Assembly: GCA_038134595.1 (NCBI GenBank) | Contig: JAYPVM010000009.1 | Coordinates: 1 to 58,111 of the forward strand | DNA: 58,111 nucleotides | Reading direction: 5' to 3' | From: Pseudomonadota bacterium | GTDB lineage: Bacteria; Bdellovibrionota_C; UBA2361; OMII01 | Shown here: piece by piece, positions 57,652 to 58,111 of the stretch | Position numbering within the stretch: the first letter of the stretch is position 1 | How the letters are laid out: every line of letters starts with the position of its first letter | Notes under the pieces: generated by a model | The model's input: the letters and a program-made list of their open reading frames with translations, nothing else | The model's database searches: none | What the model was told of the DNA's origin: nothing | Position numbers and translations under genes: made by a program

Positions 57652-58111
57652 AACACCTCGGCAAACCTCTCGCGTCCTGAGTTGTGAATTACCACTCCGA
57701 CCACAAAGGTAAAACATGATATTCCGGTCATATACACTCCCCACTGAACTGGCGGCAAAACACCTTCAACCAAAATCATTTGATACGTGGATGTCAAGAG
57801 CGCTAACGGATTAAGCTCAACCCAGAACCGCAATTCTGATGGAATCAGGCTACGTGGATAGATAATGGGACACAAAAAGAAAACGAATGTAAGAATATTT
57901 CCCAACAGATGCTGGACATCACGATAAAAGACATTAAGGGCGCTTAAGGCCAATACGACACCCCAAAGAAGGATAAAATGAACAAACACAACTGGAGGTA
58001 ATACTAGCCATGACCAACTAATACCTACGCCCGATACCACCATGAAAACCACAAGTATCGGCAAGGCAAACATAAAATGAAGCATTGAAGAAACGATACT
58101 AACAAATGGCA
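57648..58111 (-). CDS. ABC-2 polysaccharide export permease (Wzm-like), 5' partial
   Basis: LSALNVFYRDVQH, FFLCPIIYP, LNPL and terminal FAEVL. Confidence 0.88.
   Translation of the reverse strand, partial: PFVSIVSSMLHFMFALPILVVFMVVSGVGISWSWLVLPPVVFVHFILLWGVVLALSALNVFYRDVQHLLGNILTFVFFLCPIIYPRSLIPSELRFWVELNPLALLTSTYQMILVEGVLPPVQWGVYMTGISCFTFVVGVVIHNSGRERFAEVL

Overview
Chromosomal window from a Gram-negative bacterium; the gene families and their order look delta-proteobacterial or Bdellovibrionota-like, which is inference only. Bases 1-5.9 kb hold a divergent type III export-gate operon (SctR/FliP, SctS/FliQ, SctT/FliR, SctU/FlhB). Its SctU/FlhB stops exactly where the NPTH autocleavage site should be, a hybrid histidine kinase follows, and a separate gene then encodes the missing C-terminal domain. 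Bases 10.4-25.3 kb hold the most notable locus, a compact, divergently transcribed type IV secretion system. The + strand carries F-type traL-E-K-B-V, a DotD/N0-like lipoprotein, traC(VirB4), a second mini-TraV, an SH3b protein and an M23 peptidase. The - strand carries a membrane protein, a VirD4/TraD/DotL-like coupling ATPase and a possible Whirly-fold protein. I see no relaxase, integrase, pilin or traW/U/N/F/H/G in the window, so the system looks domesticated rather than mobile. A membrane pseudokinase converges on it. The rest is mostly housekeeping: ispG, tgt, queA, slipin/NfeD, coaBC, amidase, mutS, rpsA, pnp (one in-frame TAG), rpsO, lpxA, fabZ and skp, plus several degenerate enzyme homologs and the start of a glycosylation/ABC-export cluster. 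I recognised no rRNA, tRNA, CRISPR array or IS element.
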